Part shown: piece by piece, positions 45,019 through 56,860 of the stretch
Layout of the letters: each line of letters begins with the position of its first letter
Position numbering within the stretch: position 1 is the first letter of the stretch
IMG/VR virus record: IMGVR_UViG_3300044591_002232
Location: 62,001 to 126,000 of that record
Direction: 5' to 3' (one strand)
DNA: 64,000 nucleotides
Position numbers and translations under genes: made by a program
The notes under the pieces: generated by a model
Seen by the model: the letters and a program-made list of their open reading frames with translations, nothing else
Told to the model about the DNA's origin: nothing
Database searches by the model: none

Positions 45019-46599
45019 ATGTCTGCAATTATAACTGATAATCTAAGAATTCTGAGAGCCAAACAGTTTGTTGAAACTGCCGCAACTACAAACTACTACA
45101 GTTTTATTGGGCTTCCTAATCCTTCTGATTATTATGCTGACTGGAATATTTCCCCATTGGCGCCTAAGGATAGTTTTGAGCAAGAATCCGACTATTGGGA
45201 TACAATGATTGCTCTAAAGAAGATTTTTTCAACTGATGTTCGCCAGGCAGTCAGAAAAATTAGATGGGAAAGTGGAATTACTTATGATATGTATCGTCAT
45301 GATGTAAGTCGAACAAAAACCACTATTCCTTCTGGAGCGACTAGTTTATATTCCTCTAATTATTATGTTGTAAATAGTAACTATCAGGTTTATATTTGTT
45401 TAAACAATGGGATTTCACCAGAAAATCCAGGTGGGAGGCAATCTCAGTTTGAACCAAAATTTACAGATCTAGAACCTAGAGCAGTCGGAACCGGAGTAGA
45501 TGGTTATATTTGGAAGTATCTTTACACTTTAAGTGCAACTGATATTATTCGTTTTGATAGTATAAACTTCATTCCAACCCCACAAAATTGGGGGGAGGAT
45601 GAGCAGTCGTTTTTAATTAAGAATAATGCGGAGAATAGTGGTCAAATCAAAATTTGTACTGTTACAAATAGAGGTGATTACAGTAATGTTTCAGGAATCC
45701 GGAACCGAGTTTTCCGAAATGTTCCAATAAAAGGTGATGGCTCTGGGGGTCTAGTCACAATCACGTTTAACAATAATGCTCAGGTAGAAAATGTCTTCGT
45801 AGCGAATGGTGGACAAAATTATACTTATGGGCGAATTGACATTCAGGCTGGGGGACTCCCAAATCCAACGACTCTACCACAATTTGATGTGATTATTCCA
45901 CCAAAAGGGGGACATGGTTTTGATATTTATAATGAACTAGGAGCATTTTATGTTTCAGTTTATTCTAGAATTGAAAATGATTTTGATAACCCGGATTTTA
46001 TCACTGGAAATGAAATCGCCAGGATTGGTATAGTAGAAAATCCTCTTAGATTTGATTCCTCGGAGGTTCTCACAGATGATAAAGTAAGTGCTCTCAATGC
46101 AATTAAACTTGTTGGAATTACAAATCAGAGTGATTATCAATCAGCAACCTTCATCTCAGATTCCTTTATCACCCAGACGGTTGGTCTAGGTGTCACGGCT
46201 GTTGGAAGAGTGGTATCTTATGATAGAAACACTGGAGTTCTTAAGTATTGGCAAGACAAAACACTAGCCGGATTTACTACAGCAGGAATTCAAACATCAG
46301 CGACATATGGATTTAATCTAGAAAAATTTACTGCAACTCCGGCAACCGGTGGCAGTGTCACAATTTCTGGTGGAAGTATTGATTTAAATATTGATACCTC
46401 TTTCGGTTCTATTGCAAATCCTGGCATAACAACCACCATAAATAATAGGACATATAGATTAGGTCAATCATTCATTAATGGCCTGGCAAATCCAGAGGTC
46501 AAAAAACATTCTGGATCTGTCATTTATGTTGATAATAGACCGGCTATTACAAGATCTCAGAATCAAAAAGAAGACATTAAGGTAATTCTACAGTTTTAA
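45019..46599 (+). CDS. gp8: Baseplate wedge subunit gp8
   Basis: W.SG.TYDMYRHD, VYICL.NG, DGYIWKYLY; late promoter at 44993. Confidence 0.88.
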   Translation: MSAIITDNLRILRAKQFVETAATTNYYSFIGLPNPSDYYADWNISPLAPKDSFEQESDYWDTMIALKKIFSTDVRQAVRKIRWESGITYDMYRHDVSRTKTTIPSGATSLYSSNYYVVNSNYQVYICLNNGISPENPGGRQSQFEPKFTDLEPRAVGTGVDGYIWKYLYTLSATDIIRFDSINFIPTPQNWGEDEQSFLIKNNAENSGQIKICTVTNRGDYSNVSGIRNRVFRNVPIKGDGSGGLVTITFNNNAQVENVFVANGGQNYTYGRIDIQAGGLPNPTTLPQFDVIIPPKGGHGFDIYNELGAFYVSVYSRIENDFDNPDFITGNEIARIGIVENPLRFDSSEVLTDDKVSALNAIKLVGITNQSDYQSATFISDSFITQTVGLGVTAVGRVVSYDRNTGVLKYWQDKTLAGFTTAGIQTSATYGFNLEKFTATPATGGSVTISGGSIDLNIDTSFGSIANPGITTTINNRTYRLGQSFINGLANPEVKKHSGSVIYVDNRPAITRSQNQKEDIKVILQF

Positions 46600-46601
46600 T
46601 C

Positions 46602-49600
46602 ATGCCACAGGAAACCAATCTAAACGTATCTCCATATTTTGATGATTTTGATGCGGATAAGAATTACTACAAGGTTCTATTTAAACCAACTCAACCTGTT
46701 CAGGCAAGAGAATTAAATAGTCTCCAATCTATTCTACAAAATCAAGTAGAGCAGTTTGGGAATCATATTTTTAAAGAAGGATCCGTTGTAATCCCAGGTC
46801 AGCTTTCAATTGATAATCCATTTCATGCGGTGGAAATTGAGCCCCAATTCAATGGAATTCCAGTTTCTGCATATTTTAATGAAATTCTAGGAAAAACAAT
46901 CCGAGGATCTCTAAGTGGAGTCAGTGCAAAGGTTGTTTATGTTTTAGATCAAAGACTATCAGAAAGAAATAATTATACTCTTTACGTTCAATATCTAGAA
47001 AGCGGTGGGCCAAACTTTGAAAACAAGGTTTTCCTAGATGGTGAATCAATAATCACAGAAAATTCAATTACATATTCCGGAATCACCATTCAGGCTGGTC
47101 AAGAAATTGTCACAACAATTGCGGCAAATTCAACCTCAGATGGTTCGGCTGTAAATGTCGCCTCTGGTGTTTATTTTGTAAGGGGGGTTTTTGCAAGAGT
47201 AAATTCGCAGCGAATTCTTCTTGATCAATATGGAACTCAGCCATCTTACAGAGTTGGCTTCAATATTATTGAAAGAGTGGTAAATGCTCTAGAAGATGAA
47301 AGTCTTTATGATAATTCTCAAGGTTTTTCTAATTATGCGGCTCCAGGTGCTGATAGATTTCAAATTGAACTAGAACTTAAAAAATATAATATAAATGATA
47401 ATCCGGATAATTTTGTTGAAATTCTTCGGGTAATTAATGGTCAGCCTCAGTTTTTTGAAAGAAATGCTCAATATAGTCTTATCAGGGATGAGCTTGCAAG
47501 AAGAACTGCTGAAACTAATGGTGACTATTATGTAAGGCCATTTACGCTATTCGTAAGAGATTCCCTGAATGATAGGACCTTAACAAATGGTATCTATTTT
47601 GAGGAACAAAGAACCGTAAATGGAAATACACCATCAGAAGATGTGATGGTGTATGAAATTGGCCCAGGAAAGGCCTATGTTAATGGTTATGACGTTGAAA
47701 CAATTTCCCCTAGACTCTTAGAAGTTCCTAAGACGAGGGAAACAAAAACGCTAGAGAGGCAGGTTATTCCATATAATGCTGGTCAATTGATCGCTCTCAA
47801 CAATGTTTATGGGGCTCCTTATATCGGGATTAAGACCGATACTACTGTTAGTTTGATTGATCGTAGACTTGGGACCAACAAATCAGTTGCGGTTGGTACT
47901 ACTATTGGTGTGGCAAGAGTTTATGATTATGTTCCTGAAAGTTCATATTCTGACAATACAAGTATTCTTGATCTAAGACTATTCGATATTCAGACATTTA
48001 CCAAAATTACTCTGACTACTGAAATCACACAGGCAACTCCTGCACTAATTAAAGGAAAACGGAGTAATGCTTCTGGATTCTTGTATCAAAATACATCAAA
48101 TAGTAAAGAACTACTTCTTTATCAGGTCTCTGGTCAATTTTCAAATAACGAACCAATTACAATCAATGGAATTGATAATGGAAGACTTATTAGTAGTGTA
48201 GAGGATTATTCAACTTCTGATATTAAATCCATATATTCTACTTTTAGTGGGAACACTTTTAATGCGGATCTTGTTTTAGAAAATAAAATTCTTATTGCCC
48301 CATCTGGTTCTCTGTTTAATATTACTGCCGCATCGACTGGAATTTCAACAGTATCTTCAGGTCTAAGCACTGATTTTCTACGAACTATAAAGGCAGGAGA
48401 TGTTGTCTCATACGCTGTTCAAAATCTTGATGATGTCGTTTATAACAGAATAGTATCAATTTCACCAACCGGAAGAAGTTTTACCATTACCGGAATAACA
48501 ACTGTTCCGGGTATTTGTGATGGAAGACTTCCTTCTTCTAATGTTACAGTAACCAATATTGTAAAACTAACTTCTTCAATTTATTCTGAAAATTCTTCAC
48601 TACTGACTCAATTAAACCGTTCTAATATCTCTTCTATCAGTCTAGACAATAGCGAAATTTTCCAAAGAAGAGTTTTTTCTAATCAGACTATTACTTCATC
48701 AACCATTCTTCTAACAATAACTGATGAGGATGTCTTTTTTGATGGTTTTGATGAGGATAAGTATCTTATTTCATATTCCGATGGGACCATAGAGCCACTG
48801 AGGCGGGATAAATTTAGTCCTGTTGGCAATTCTGGAAAGCAAGTGCAGTTTACAGGCCTTACCAAGGCATCTGGAACCGCAACAGTAATCGCAACCGTAA
48901 AAAATATTAAACCAAATTCTAAGGCAAAAACCTTAAATAAGGCAAATGTTCTTACTATTAGTAATTCTAAATTAACTTCTTCTGGTATTGGAACTACCAC
49001 ATTAAATGATGGTTTGACATATAGTCAGGTCTATGGAACCCGAGTACAAGATGATGAGATTTCACTTAATGTGCCAGATGTAGTTAGAGTTCTTGCGGTC
49101 TACGAATCATCTTCTACTTCTGATCCACAACTTCCGAAACTACAATTTGGATCGTTCAGCGGACAAACCAATAGTAACCAAGACTTGTTTATTGGGGAAC
49201 AAATTACAGGAAAAACATCCGGAGCAGTTGGTTTAATTATCAACCGAATTGGAGTGGATGAGATTGAATATGTGTATCTCAACACTTTTAAATTTGCAGA
49301 AGACGAGATTATTACGTCAAAAGAATCCAAAATTCAAGCAACAGTTCTTTCAAGAACTTTAGGTGATAATAATGTCACTCAAAACTTTATTTTTGATGAT
49401 GGGCAGAGAGAAACAATTCTAGATTATTCTAGAATTGTCAGAAAAAGGAATGTAATTGAACCATCAAAGAAATTAAAAATCGTCTTCCAAAATTACACTA
49501 TTGATGCAAATGATACCGGAGAATTTGTATCAGTAAATAGTTACCAAAATGAAGATTTCAAACATAATATTCCTTATATTAATAATGTAAGATTAAGTGA

Positions 49601-52600
49601 TTACATTGACCTGCGGCCAAGAGTTGCTCCATACTCTGCGAGTTCAAGATCTCCATTTGAGTTTATTTCAAGAAACTTTGCGGCTGATGGCCAATATTCA
49701 AACTATGTTCTTGCCCCAGAAAATAATCTAATTCTTTCATACTCCTATTATCTCCCAAGGATAGACGTAGTTTTTCTGAATCCTAATGGAACCTTTGAGG
49801 TTGTGCAGGGGACTCCTTCTGATACTCCACAACTTCCGGAATTCAAGGCAAATGCTTTTGATATTGCGGTCCTTAATATTCCCCCCTATGTCTATGATGT
49901 AAAGAATATTCTGGTCAATATGTCAGAACACAAGAGATATCGAATGGATGATATCTCTCTTCTTGAAGAAAGAATTAGCAGGGTTGAAGAATTTACTGTA
50001 CTTTCTGTCCTAGAAAGTAAAACAGAGAACTTTGTTATTAAAGATGCTGAGACTGGACTAGACCGATTTAAATCTGGCTTCTTTGTTGATGATTTTAAGA
50101 ATCATGCGTACCATGATCTTGAAAATCCAAATTTTAAATCTTCAATTGATAAAGAAAAGAAAATTTTAAGACCACTACACTATACAACATCCCTAGATTT
50201 GCAACTTGGATCTGAGGCCATTTCAGGTATAGGGCAAACATTTGATCCAAATGCTGACCAGAGTTTTGTAAGTGATCTTGGGTCTATTGGAATTAAAAAA
50301 ACCGGAGATTTGATTACCCTTGATTATGATGAGGTTGTTTTCCACGAACAACAATTTGCCACAAAAACTGAAAGTGTTACCGCATTCCTTGTTCGATATT
50401 GGTCTGGTTTGTTAAATCTAAACCCTCCATTGGATACATGGGTTGATGAAAAGGCTATTACAACAAATAGTTTTAACAGAGTAAGATCGGTTAACCGCTT
50501 ACCAAATGCTAATATAACGGTTGTTAATAATGTAACAGAAAATGATGTGGTCTTCCGAAAGGCCCCAAATTCTCAGGCCGGTATTCAACCATTTGATTGG
50601 ATTGGAAATGCCCAGAAAAGATTAGCCCAAGGTGGAAAATTTGATGTTGCTGGAGCGGCATCTCAAGGTAGTAGAAGAGCACTTGTTATTGGTAAGAATT
50701 TTAGAGGAGAAACAAGAACTCTTGAAATTGTAAATGGCAATACTATTAGAATCGATGGTCTCCACTGGAGAACCGGGGATCTGGCTCTATTGACCAAATA
50801 TGTTCCCGCAGATGTTGCAAATCAATTTATAAACAGAATGCAGGCTGGGGGATTTGCAGGAAGAGGTGGAGCACTGGAATTCACCCCACCAACAATCGCA
50901 GAAACCAGAAAGACTTCAACTACAACAAAGAGCACTTCCAATACTATTACCACCGTTACCCCAGAAAGAATAGTTGAGCGCGAGACTCAGACATCTTCAC
51001 TGTCTCACTATACTGAGCCAGTAAGATACCTAAGAAACCGAAACATAGAATTTGTTTCTAAAGGTCTAAAACCAAGAACACGATTTTATCCATTCTTCCA
51101 GGGAGTAGATATCAGCAACTATGTAACTCCTAAGTTACTTGAAGTTGAAATGGTTTCTGGTAAGTTTGTTGTTGGTGAGACTGTTGTTTCTGATCCGACT
51201 TTTACCAGCCAAAATGTTTCATTTAGACTTTGTACTCCCAATCACAAAGAAGGTAGATTTAACAACCCAACTGAAACATTCAGGTTTAATCCTTATAATC
51301 AACAATCATTTGAACGATCATATAGTGAAACTTCTGCTGTTCTTAATGTAGATACTAGATCTATGGAACTTGCATCAGAGACTCGATTTTTTGGGCAGGT
51401 TGCTCCAAGAATGAGAATTATTGGAAGAACCTCCGGTGCAGTTGCTACCATTCGACGAATTAGACTTCTTTCTGACAATAGCGGAACCCTAATTGGTTCG
51501 TTTAATGTTCCTGATCCAAATGTAAGAGGAAATCCCCGTTGGATTAATGGTGAAAATAATTTTATATTAATTGATACTCCTTCACTTGATCAAATAAAAT
51601 TAGTCGAATTTATTCCTAATTCAAGAATCAATGAAAGTAGTGCCGAGGCTGAATTTACTTCTAGTGCTATAACTAATATTGCAGAGACAAATATTCTCAC
51701 TACAAGAAACATTAAAATTATTCCACCAAGAAATATTAATACAACAACTATTACTAATGTAACAACCAATACAACGACAGTTTCTCAAAATGTTGTCCCT
51801 AGTTCTGTTCAAATTCAACAACCTTATGATCCTCTGGCCCAATCATTCTATGTGTTTGAAGATACAGGTGTATTCCTAACTTCTGTTGATGTCTATTTTG
51901 AAACTAGTGATTCGGATAATGTTCCAGTAACTCTTCAAATTAGACCACTTCTTGCTGGGGTTCCTAGTAATATTGTAGTACCTTTCTCTGAGGTTACTCT
52001 TACTCCGGATCAGATTAATCTTTCTATTAATGGTTCAGTTCCAACCAAATTTACATTCCCATCTCCTGTTTATTTACAAGGTCCTCAACAACAAACAGTA
52101 AGACAGGCGCCAATTGCAAGCGAATCTTCAGCAGAATATGCAATTGTTTTGATTTCAAACAGCCCAAATTATAGGGTATTTGTTACTGAGCTTGGTCAAA
52201 ATGATATTCAAAGTAGAATTAGAATAACCAAACAGCCTACACTGGGAAGTATGTTTAAGTCCCAGAATGGAACTGTGTGGACACCCTCTCAATTGGAGGA
52301 TCTAAAATACAAAATTTATAGGGCACAGTTTAAAAATGAAGGTATTTTAAAATTCTTTAATCCAAAACTTGATATTGGAAATGGTAAGAAAACCGTCACC
52401 GGCCCTAATCAATTTGAATTCCTATCAAAGAGAATTATTGTTGGTCTAGGTTCAACTGGTTATTCTTCTGCGGTTCAAGAAGGTGTCACTATTACTCAGG
52501 GTAGTGCTTCGGCTACTCTAATTGGAATTTCTGGTAGAATCACAACTGGCGCAGGAGCCGGAACAACCATAAGCAATGTTGGTTTTGGTTATACTAATGG

Positions 52601-54335
52601 GACCTTTACTAATGTTAATCTGGTTACAGAGACTGGATTTGGTCTAGGTGCAGTTGCAACTGTTGGTGTAGCTAATAGTGTTATTGGTTCTATTAATATT
52701 ACTAATGGTGGGATTGGTTATAAGGTGGGCGATTCTCTTCTGATTCCACCTCTTGGACAAGGCCTAGGAATTAATGGTCGAATTACCGTTACCAATATTG
52801 CATCGCCTAACACATTTGTTCTCGATGAAGTACAAGGAACCTTTAATGTTGGGGTATCAACGGTCAACTTTATAAATTCTTCTGGAATATCAAGTGCAAT
52901 TGGAGCAGGTATTACAGTAACTTCCATTACCGAGGATCAATTCTTTGATGGTCTTCATATGAAGGTCTATCAACAAAATCATGGTATGCATTCATTTGAA
53001 AATTATGTAGAAATTAATGATTTTAGACCACTTAATTCTGGTACTAATTCTACAACATCATCTGAAATTACATCAACCCAAAATACAATTCCACTTCAAT
53101 CATCAGCTGGATTCAATATTTTTGAAGGGGTGACAGTAAGTCCAATAAATCCTGGTTATGCAATTATCGGTAATGAGGTCATCAGATACACTGCAATTTC
53201 CGGGAATACATTAACTGGTGTTACAAGAGCAGTTGATGGAACTCAGGCAATTGCATATGCGAATAATACTTTTGTTTATAAGTATGAATTTAATGGAGTA
53301 TCACTGAGAAGAATTAATAAAATTCACAATTTTGCGGAAGTAGATTCAGCCAATACTGGAAAATTCCCGATTGATTTGAATAGTTACTTCATTAAGATTG
53401 ACATGAGTGATACCGATTTTGATGGAAAATCAATTGGAACTAACAGAGAAAACAATCTCTATTTCAGGCAGCATGTACAAGGTGGACAAACCGGAACTGT
53501 TATTTCTAATAACATCCAGTACGAATCAATTACTCCAAATATTGCAAGTATTATTCCGGCAAAAACAAATATTTCAACCAAAATTAGGACCTTCACTGGT
53601 TCTAGTGTTGGTGGAAATGAAAAGCCATTTATAGACAGAGGATTTGAAATTATTCCCCTTGATACGCAAACCTATTTCACAGAGCCAAAATTAATTTGCT
53701 CTTCTGTAAATGAAGAAAGATTTATTACTAACTCTCCTGGAAATAGATCATTGTCTTTTGAAATGCTATTTACAACCGATGATACTAGGGTTTCTCCGGT
53801 TGTTGATACAATTAATACCTCTGTTGCTCTAACATCAAACTTGATTAATAATTCAAATGGAATTGGCGAATTAGCAACGTATTCAACCGATACTTTAGTG
53901 AGAGGAGATAATGATTCTCACGAGGCTATCTACATTTCAAAACCAACTCGTCTGAAAATCCCCGCCAATGCGATCAAGGTGATCTTAAGTGCAAGTCGCA
54001 ATGATTTAAATGATGTTCGGGTTCTTTATCAAATTTTCCGAGATGATGAATCCAATGTTAATCCTTCCTTTGAACTATTTCCTGGTTATAAAAATTATGT
54101 AGTCGATGGGTTTGGAATTAAGAGAGTTATTGATGTTTCTAAGAATGATGGATCTTCAGATTCGTTTGTCAAAGAAACTTCAGATAGAACATTTAAGGAT
54201 TATGAATATTCAGTGGATGATCTTCCTGATTTCAATGCATTTGCCATCAAAATTGTCATGGCAAGTAGTAACCAGGCGACACCCCCTCTGATTCGCCAAC
54301 TCAGGGCAATCGCAACCATTAAACCGAGGATTTAA
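46602..54335 (+). CDS. VrlC/DUF4815-like large virion structural protein
   Basis: PYFDDFD..KNYYKVLFKP...QARELN; DRFKSGFFVDDF; DPLAQSF. Confidence 0.8.
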   Translation: MPQETNLNVSPYFDDFDADKNYYKVLFKPTQPVQARELNSLQSILQNQVEQFGNHIFKEGSVVIPGQLSIDNPFHAVEIEPQFNGIPVSAYFNEILGKTIRGSLSGVSAKVVYVLDQRLSERNNYTLYVQYLESGGPNFENKVFLDGESIITENSITYSGITIQAGQEIVTTIAANSTSDGSAVNVASGVYFVRGVFARVNSQRILLDQYGTQPSYRVGFNIIERVVNALEDESLYDNSQGFSNYAAPGADRFQIELELKKYNINDNPDNFVEILRVINGQPQFFERNAQYSLIRDELARRTAETNGDYYVRPFTLFVRDSLNDRTLTNGIYFEEQRTVNGNTPSEDVMVYEIGPGKAYVNGYDVETISPRLLEVPKTRETKTLERQVIPYNAGQLIALNNVYGAPYIGIKTDTTVSLIDRRLGTNKSVAVGTTIGVARVYDYVPESSYSDNTSILDLRLFDIQTFTKITLTTEITQATPALIKGKRSNASGFLYQNTSNSKELLLYQVSGQFSNNEPITINGIDNGRLISSVEDYSTSDIKSIYSTFSGNTFNADLVLENKILIAPSGSLFNITAASTGISTVSSGLSTDFLRTIKAGDVVSYAVQNLDDVVYNRIVSISPTGRSFTITGITTVPGICDGRLPSSNVTVTNIVKLTSSIYSENSSLLTQLNRSNISSISLDNSEIFQRRVFSNQTITSSTILLTITDEDVFFDGFDEDKYLISYSDGTIEPLRRDKFSPVGNSGKQVQFTGLTKASGTATVIATVKNIKPNSKAKTLNKANVLTISNSKLTSSGIGTTTLNDGLTYSQVYGTRVQDDEISLNVPDVVRVLAVYESSSTSDPQLPKLQFGSFSGQTNSNQDLFIGEQITGKTSGAVGLIINRIGVDEIEYVYLNTFKFAEDEIITSKESKIQATVLSRTLGDNNVTQNFIFDDGQRETILDYSRIVRKRNVIEPSKKLKIVFQNYTIDANDTGEFVSVNSYQNEDFKHNIPYINNVRLSDYIDLRPRVAPYSASSRSPFEFISRNFAADGQYSNYVLAPENNLILSYSYYLPRIDVVFLNPNGTFEVVQGTPSDTPQLPEFKANAFDIAVLNIPPYVYDVKNILVNMSEHKRYRMDDISLLEERISRVEEFTVLSVLESKTENFVIKDAETGLDRFKSGFFVDDFKNHAYHDLENPNFKSSIDKEKKILRPLHYTTSLDLQLGSEAISGIGQTFDPNADQSFVSDLGSIGIKKTGDLITLDYDEVVFHEQQFATKTESVTAFLVRYWSGLLNLNPPLDTWVDEKAITTNSFNRVRSVNRLPNANITVVNNVTENDVVFRKAPNSQAGIQPFDWIGNAQKRLAQGGKFDVAGAASQGSRRALVIGKNFRGETRTLEIVNGNTIRIDGLHWRTGDLALLTKYVPADVANQFINRMQAGGFAGRGGALEFTPPTIAETRKTSTTTKSTSNTITTVTPERIVERETQTSSLSHYTEPVRYLRNRNIEFVSKGLKPRTRFYPFFQGVDISNYVTPKLLEVEMVSGKFVVGETVVSDPTFTSQNVSFRLCTPNHKEGRFNNPTETFRFNPYNQQSFERSYSETSAVLNVDTRSMELASETRFFGQVAPRMRIIGRTSGAVATIRRIRLLSDNSGTLIGSFNVPDPNVRGNPRWINGENNFILIDTPSLDQIKLVEFIPNSRINESSAEAEFTSSAITNIAETNILTTRNIKIIPPRNINTTTITNVTTNTTTVSQNVVPSSVQIQQPYDPLAQSFYVFEDTGVFLTSVDVYFETSDSDNVPVTLQIRPLLAGVPSNIVVPFSEVTLTPDQINLSINGSVPTKFTFPSPVYLQGPQQQTVRQAPIASESSAEYAIVLISNSPNYRVFVTELGQNDIQSRIRITKQPTLGSMFKSQNGTVWTPSQLEDLKYKIYRAQFKNEGILKFFNPKLDIGNGKKTVTGPNQFEFLSKRIIVGLGSTGYSSAVQEGVTITQGSASATLIGISGRITTGAGAGTTISNVGFGYTNGTFTNVNLVTETGFGLGAVATVGVANSVIGSINITNGGIGYKVGDSLLIPPLGQGLGINGRITVTNIASPNTFVLDEVQGTFNVGVSTVNFINSSGISSAIGAGITVTSITEDQFFDGLHMKVYQQNHGMHSFENYVEINDFRPLNSGTNSTTSSEITSTQNTIPLQSSAGFNIFEGVTVSPINPGYAIIGNEVIRYTAISGNTLTGVTRAVDGTQAIAYANNTFVYKYEFNGVSLRRINKIHNFAEVDSANTGKFPIDLNSYFIKIDMSDTDFDGKSIGTNRENNLYFRQHVQGGQTGTVISNNIQYESITPNIASIIPAKTNISTKIRTFTGSSVGGNEKPFIDRGFEIIPLDTQTYFTEPKLICSSVNEERFITNSPGNRSLSFEMLFTTDDTRVSPVVDTINTSVALTSNLINNSNGIGELATYSTDTLVRGDNDSHEAIYISKPTRLKIPANAIKVILSASRNDLNDVRVLYQIFRDDESNVNPSFELFPGYKNYVVDGFGIKRVIDVSKNDGSSDSFVKETSDRTFKDYEYSVDDLPDFNAFAIKIVMASSNQATPPLIRQLRAIATIKPRI

Positions 54336-54337
54336 TT

Positions 54338-54559
54338 ATGTCTTATATCAAGGTAAAGGATAATGAACATCTTCTAAGAGATGTAGATTCTAATGGTATT
54401 ATTAATAACAATACCGAAGAATATAAAAATTATGTTAATGCCTACATCAGGCAGATGAGTTCAAAGGCCAGAATAGAAGAATTGCAAAGTCAGGTTGATG
54501 ATATTAGAAGTGATGTTAAAGAAATCAAAGAACTAATTTTAAAACTATTAAATAGTTAA
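54338..54559 (+). CDS. Small coiled-coil conserved protein
   Basis: Conserved position before gp13. Confidence 0.7.
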   Translation: MSYIKVKDNEHLLRDVDSNGIINNNTEEYKNYVNAYIRQMSSKARIEELQSQVDDIRSDVKEIKELILKLLNS

Positions 54560-54564
54560 AAAAA

Positions 54565-55383
54565 ATGGCAAAACCATCTTCTAGACAAGAACTTGTAGAT
54601 TATTGCAAAAGAAAACTGGGAGCACCGGTTTTGGAAATAAATGTTGCTGAAGAGCAAATTGATGATCTGGTTGATGATGCAGTTCAATTCTTCCAAGAAA
54701 GACACTTTGATGGAGTTTCTCAGACTATTCTAAAATATGAGATAACCCAAGAAGATATTGACCGCGCCAGAGGAAGAACCGGAGAAGGTACATACACCCA
54801 AGTTGGTATTGCAAAAACCTATACATATAAAGAAAATTCCAATTATATTGAAATTCCAGATCATATTATAGGTATTAATAAGGTCTTTAAATTATTTGGA
54901 AGTCAGAGTCTTGGTTATGGAATGTTCAATTTTAAATATCAACTGTTTCTTAATGACATTTATTACTGGGGATCTACTGATATTTTAACCTATTTTATGA
55001 CCAAGAGATATCTTGAAGACATGGACTGGATTTTAAGTCCAGATGCTATGGTTAGATTTAATAAAAGAGACTCTAAACTTTATATCGATGTTGACTGGGC
55101 AACGGTTTCTCCTGGAAATATTTTACTTATTGATTGTTATAGAGTCCTGGATCCAACTGATTCAACAAAAGTATGGAATGATAGTTTTCTTAAACCATAC
55201 TTAACGGCCCTCATAAAAAGGCAATGGGGACAGAATCTTATTAAGTTTAGAGGTGTAAAACTTCCTGGTGGGGTTGAATTAAATGGTCGGGAAATTTATG
55301 ATGATGCCCAAAGAGAAATTGATATAATTATTGAACGCATGAGTTCCTCGTATGAGATGCCATGTTTCGATTTAGTTGGATAA
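54565..55383 (+). CDS. gp13: Neck protein gp13
   Basis: MAKPSSRQELVDYCKRKLGAPVLEINV. Confidence 0.92.
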   Translation: MAKPSSRQELVDYCKRKLGAPVLEINVAEEQIDDLVDDAVQFFQERHFDGVSQTILKYEITQEDIDRARGRTGEGTYTQVGIAKTYTYKENSNYIEIPDHIIGINKVFKLFGSQSLGYGMFNFKYQLFLNDIYYWGSTDILTYFMTKRYLEDMDWILSPDAMVRFNKRDSKLYIDVDWATVSPGNILLIDCYRVLDPTDSTKVWNDSFLKPYLTALIKRQWGQNLIKFRGVKLPGGVELNGREIYDDAQREIDIIIERMSSSYEMPCFDLVG

Positions 55384-55453
55384 TTTATGTTTTATAAATC
55401 TCTTTATTCTTTAGTCTCTCAGTAGTTTACCTAAATTAAGAATTCAGTAAAAA

Positions 55454-56860
55454 ATGTTAAATCCATTCTTTCTTCAGGGCTCAAAAACCGAGCAGGGTCT
55501 CATAAACGACCTAATAAAAGAAACGATCCAAATTCACGGGATAGATATTTATTATCTTCCTAGAGAATATGTCACAAAAAGAACTGTAATTAGAGAGGTT
55601 ATAGAATCTAAATTTTCTTCTGCATATCCAATCGAGGCCTATATTGACACCTATGAAGGTTATGAAGGAGCCGGGGTTCTTCTCAGTAAGTTTGGAATTC
55701 AGCCTAATACGGACCTAAATTTAATTATTTCAAAAGAAAGATACGAAACCTATATTACTCCACTTTCAAAGACTAATCCAAAAATACCACTCCCAGAAAG
55801 ACCAAAAGAGGGCGATTTGATTTGGTTTCCATTAGGAGATAGATTATTTGAAATTAAATTTGTTGAACATGAGACCCCATTTTATCAGTTACAGAAAAAT
55901 TATGTTTACAACCTAAGGTGTGAACTCTTTAGGTATCAAGATGAAATTATTGATACTGGATTTATCAATATTGACGATAATATAAAGGATTCTGGATTCA
56001 TTGAGGTTTATACAATGATTGGAATTGGATCCCAAGCATCTGCATCGGCAACTATTGTAAATGGTGGAGTTCGGTTTGTAACAATTACAAATAGAGGGGA
56101 TGGGTATTCTTCCGCTCCTCTGGTTGTATTCGGGGATCCTCCACCGGGAGGTCAAACAACAACTGGTATTGCAACCATGATTTCTGGTATTGTTGATCTT
56201 TGTGAACCTGACGAAACTTTACAGAGAGTTCAGGGAGTTCAAATTACAAATGCCGGGTTTGGTTACACTGTTGCGCCTAGAGTAACTTTTATTGGTGGGG
56301 GTGGTGCCGGAGCCGAAGGATTTGCAACAATTGGCGATGGTATTGTTGGAATTGTAACAATCATCAATGGTGGATCTGGATACTCTTCCTCCCCACTAGT
56401 TACTTTTGTCGGAGCCGCAACAAGTACTGCTTCTGCAACTTCAGTATTGAATAATGGAGTTGTTTCACAAATACTTGTAAGCCATGCTGGTCTTGGCTAT
56501 ACCACAATTCCACAAGTTGTAATAGGGTCTCCATTTAGTTCTGGTTTTGGAACCTACATTTTCAATGAGGAAGTAGTTGGAAGTGCCTCCAGTATGACAG
56601 CAAGGGTCAGAGACTGGAACGCAACTACTTTACAGCTCCAGCTTGGAAATTCATCTGGAGAATTTTTACCAGGAGAATTAATTGTTGGTCAAGAATCTGG
56701 CGCATCTTATCAGATCCGCCAGTCTCCAGAATTGTTGACAGTAGATGAGAGAGAAGAGCAAGGATTAATTGTTGATAAATATAAACAAAATGACGATATT
56801 CAAATTGCGGCAAATGAAATTCTAGATTTTAGTGAAAGAAACCCCTTTGGTACACCATAA
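55454..56860 (+). CDS. gp14: Neck protein gp14
   Basis: IQIHGIDIYYLPR, PKEGDLIWFP, YNLRCELF. Confidence 0.9.
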   Translation: MLNPFFLQGSKTEQGLINDLIKETIQIHGIDIYYLPREYVTKRTVIREVIESKFSSAYPIEAYIDTYEGYEGAGVLLSKFGIQPNTDLNLIISKERYETYITPLSKTNPKIPLPERPKEGDLIWFPLGDRLFEIKFVEHETPFYQLQKNYVYNLRCELFRYQDEIIDTGFINIDDNIKDSGFIEVYTMIGIGSQASASATIVNGGVRFVTITNRGDGYSSAPLVVFGDPPPGGQTTTGIATMISGIVDLCEPDETLQRVQGVQITNAGFGYTVAPRVTFIGGGGAGAEGFATIGDGIVGIVTIINGGSGYSSSPLVTFVGAATSTASATSVLNNGVVSQILVSHAGLGYTTIPQVVIGSPFSSGFGTYIFNEEVVGSASSMTARVRDWNATTLQLQLGNSSGEFLPGELIVGQESGASYQIRQSPELLTVDEREEQGLIVDKYKQNDDIQIAANEILDFSERNPFGTP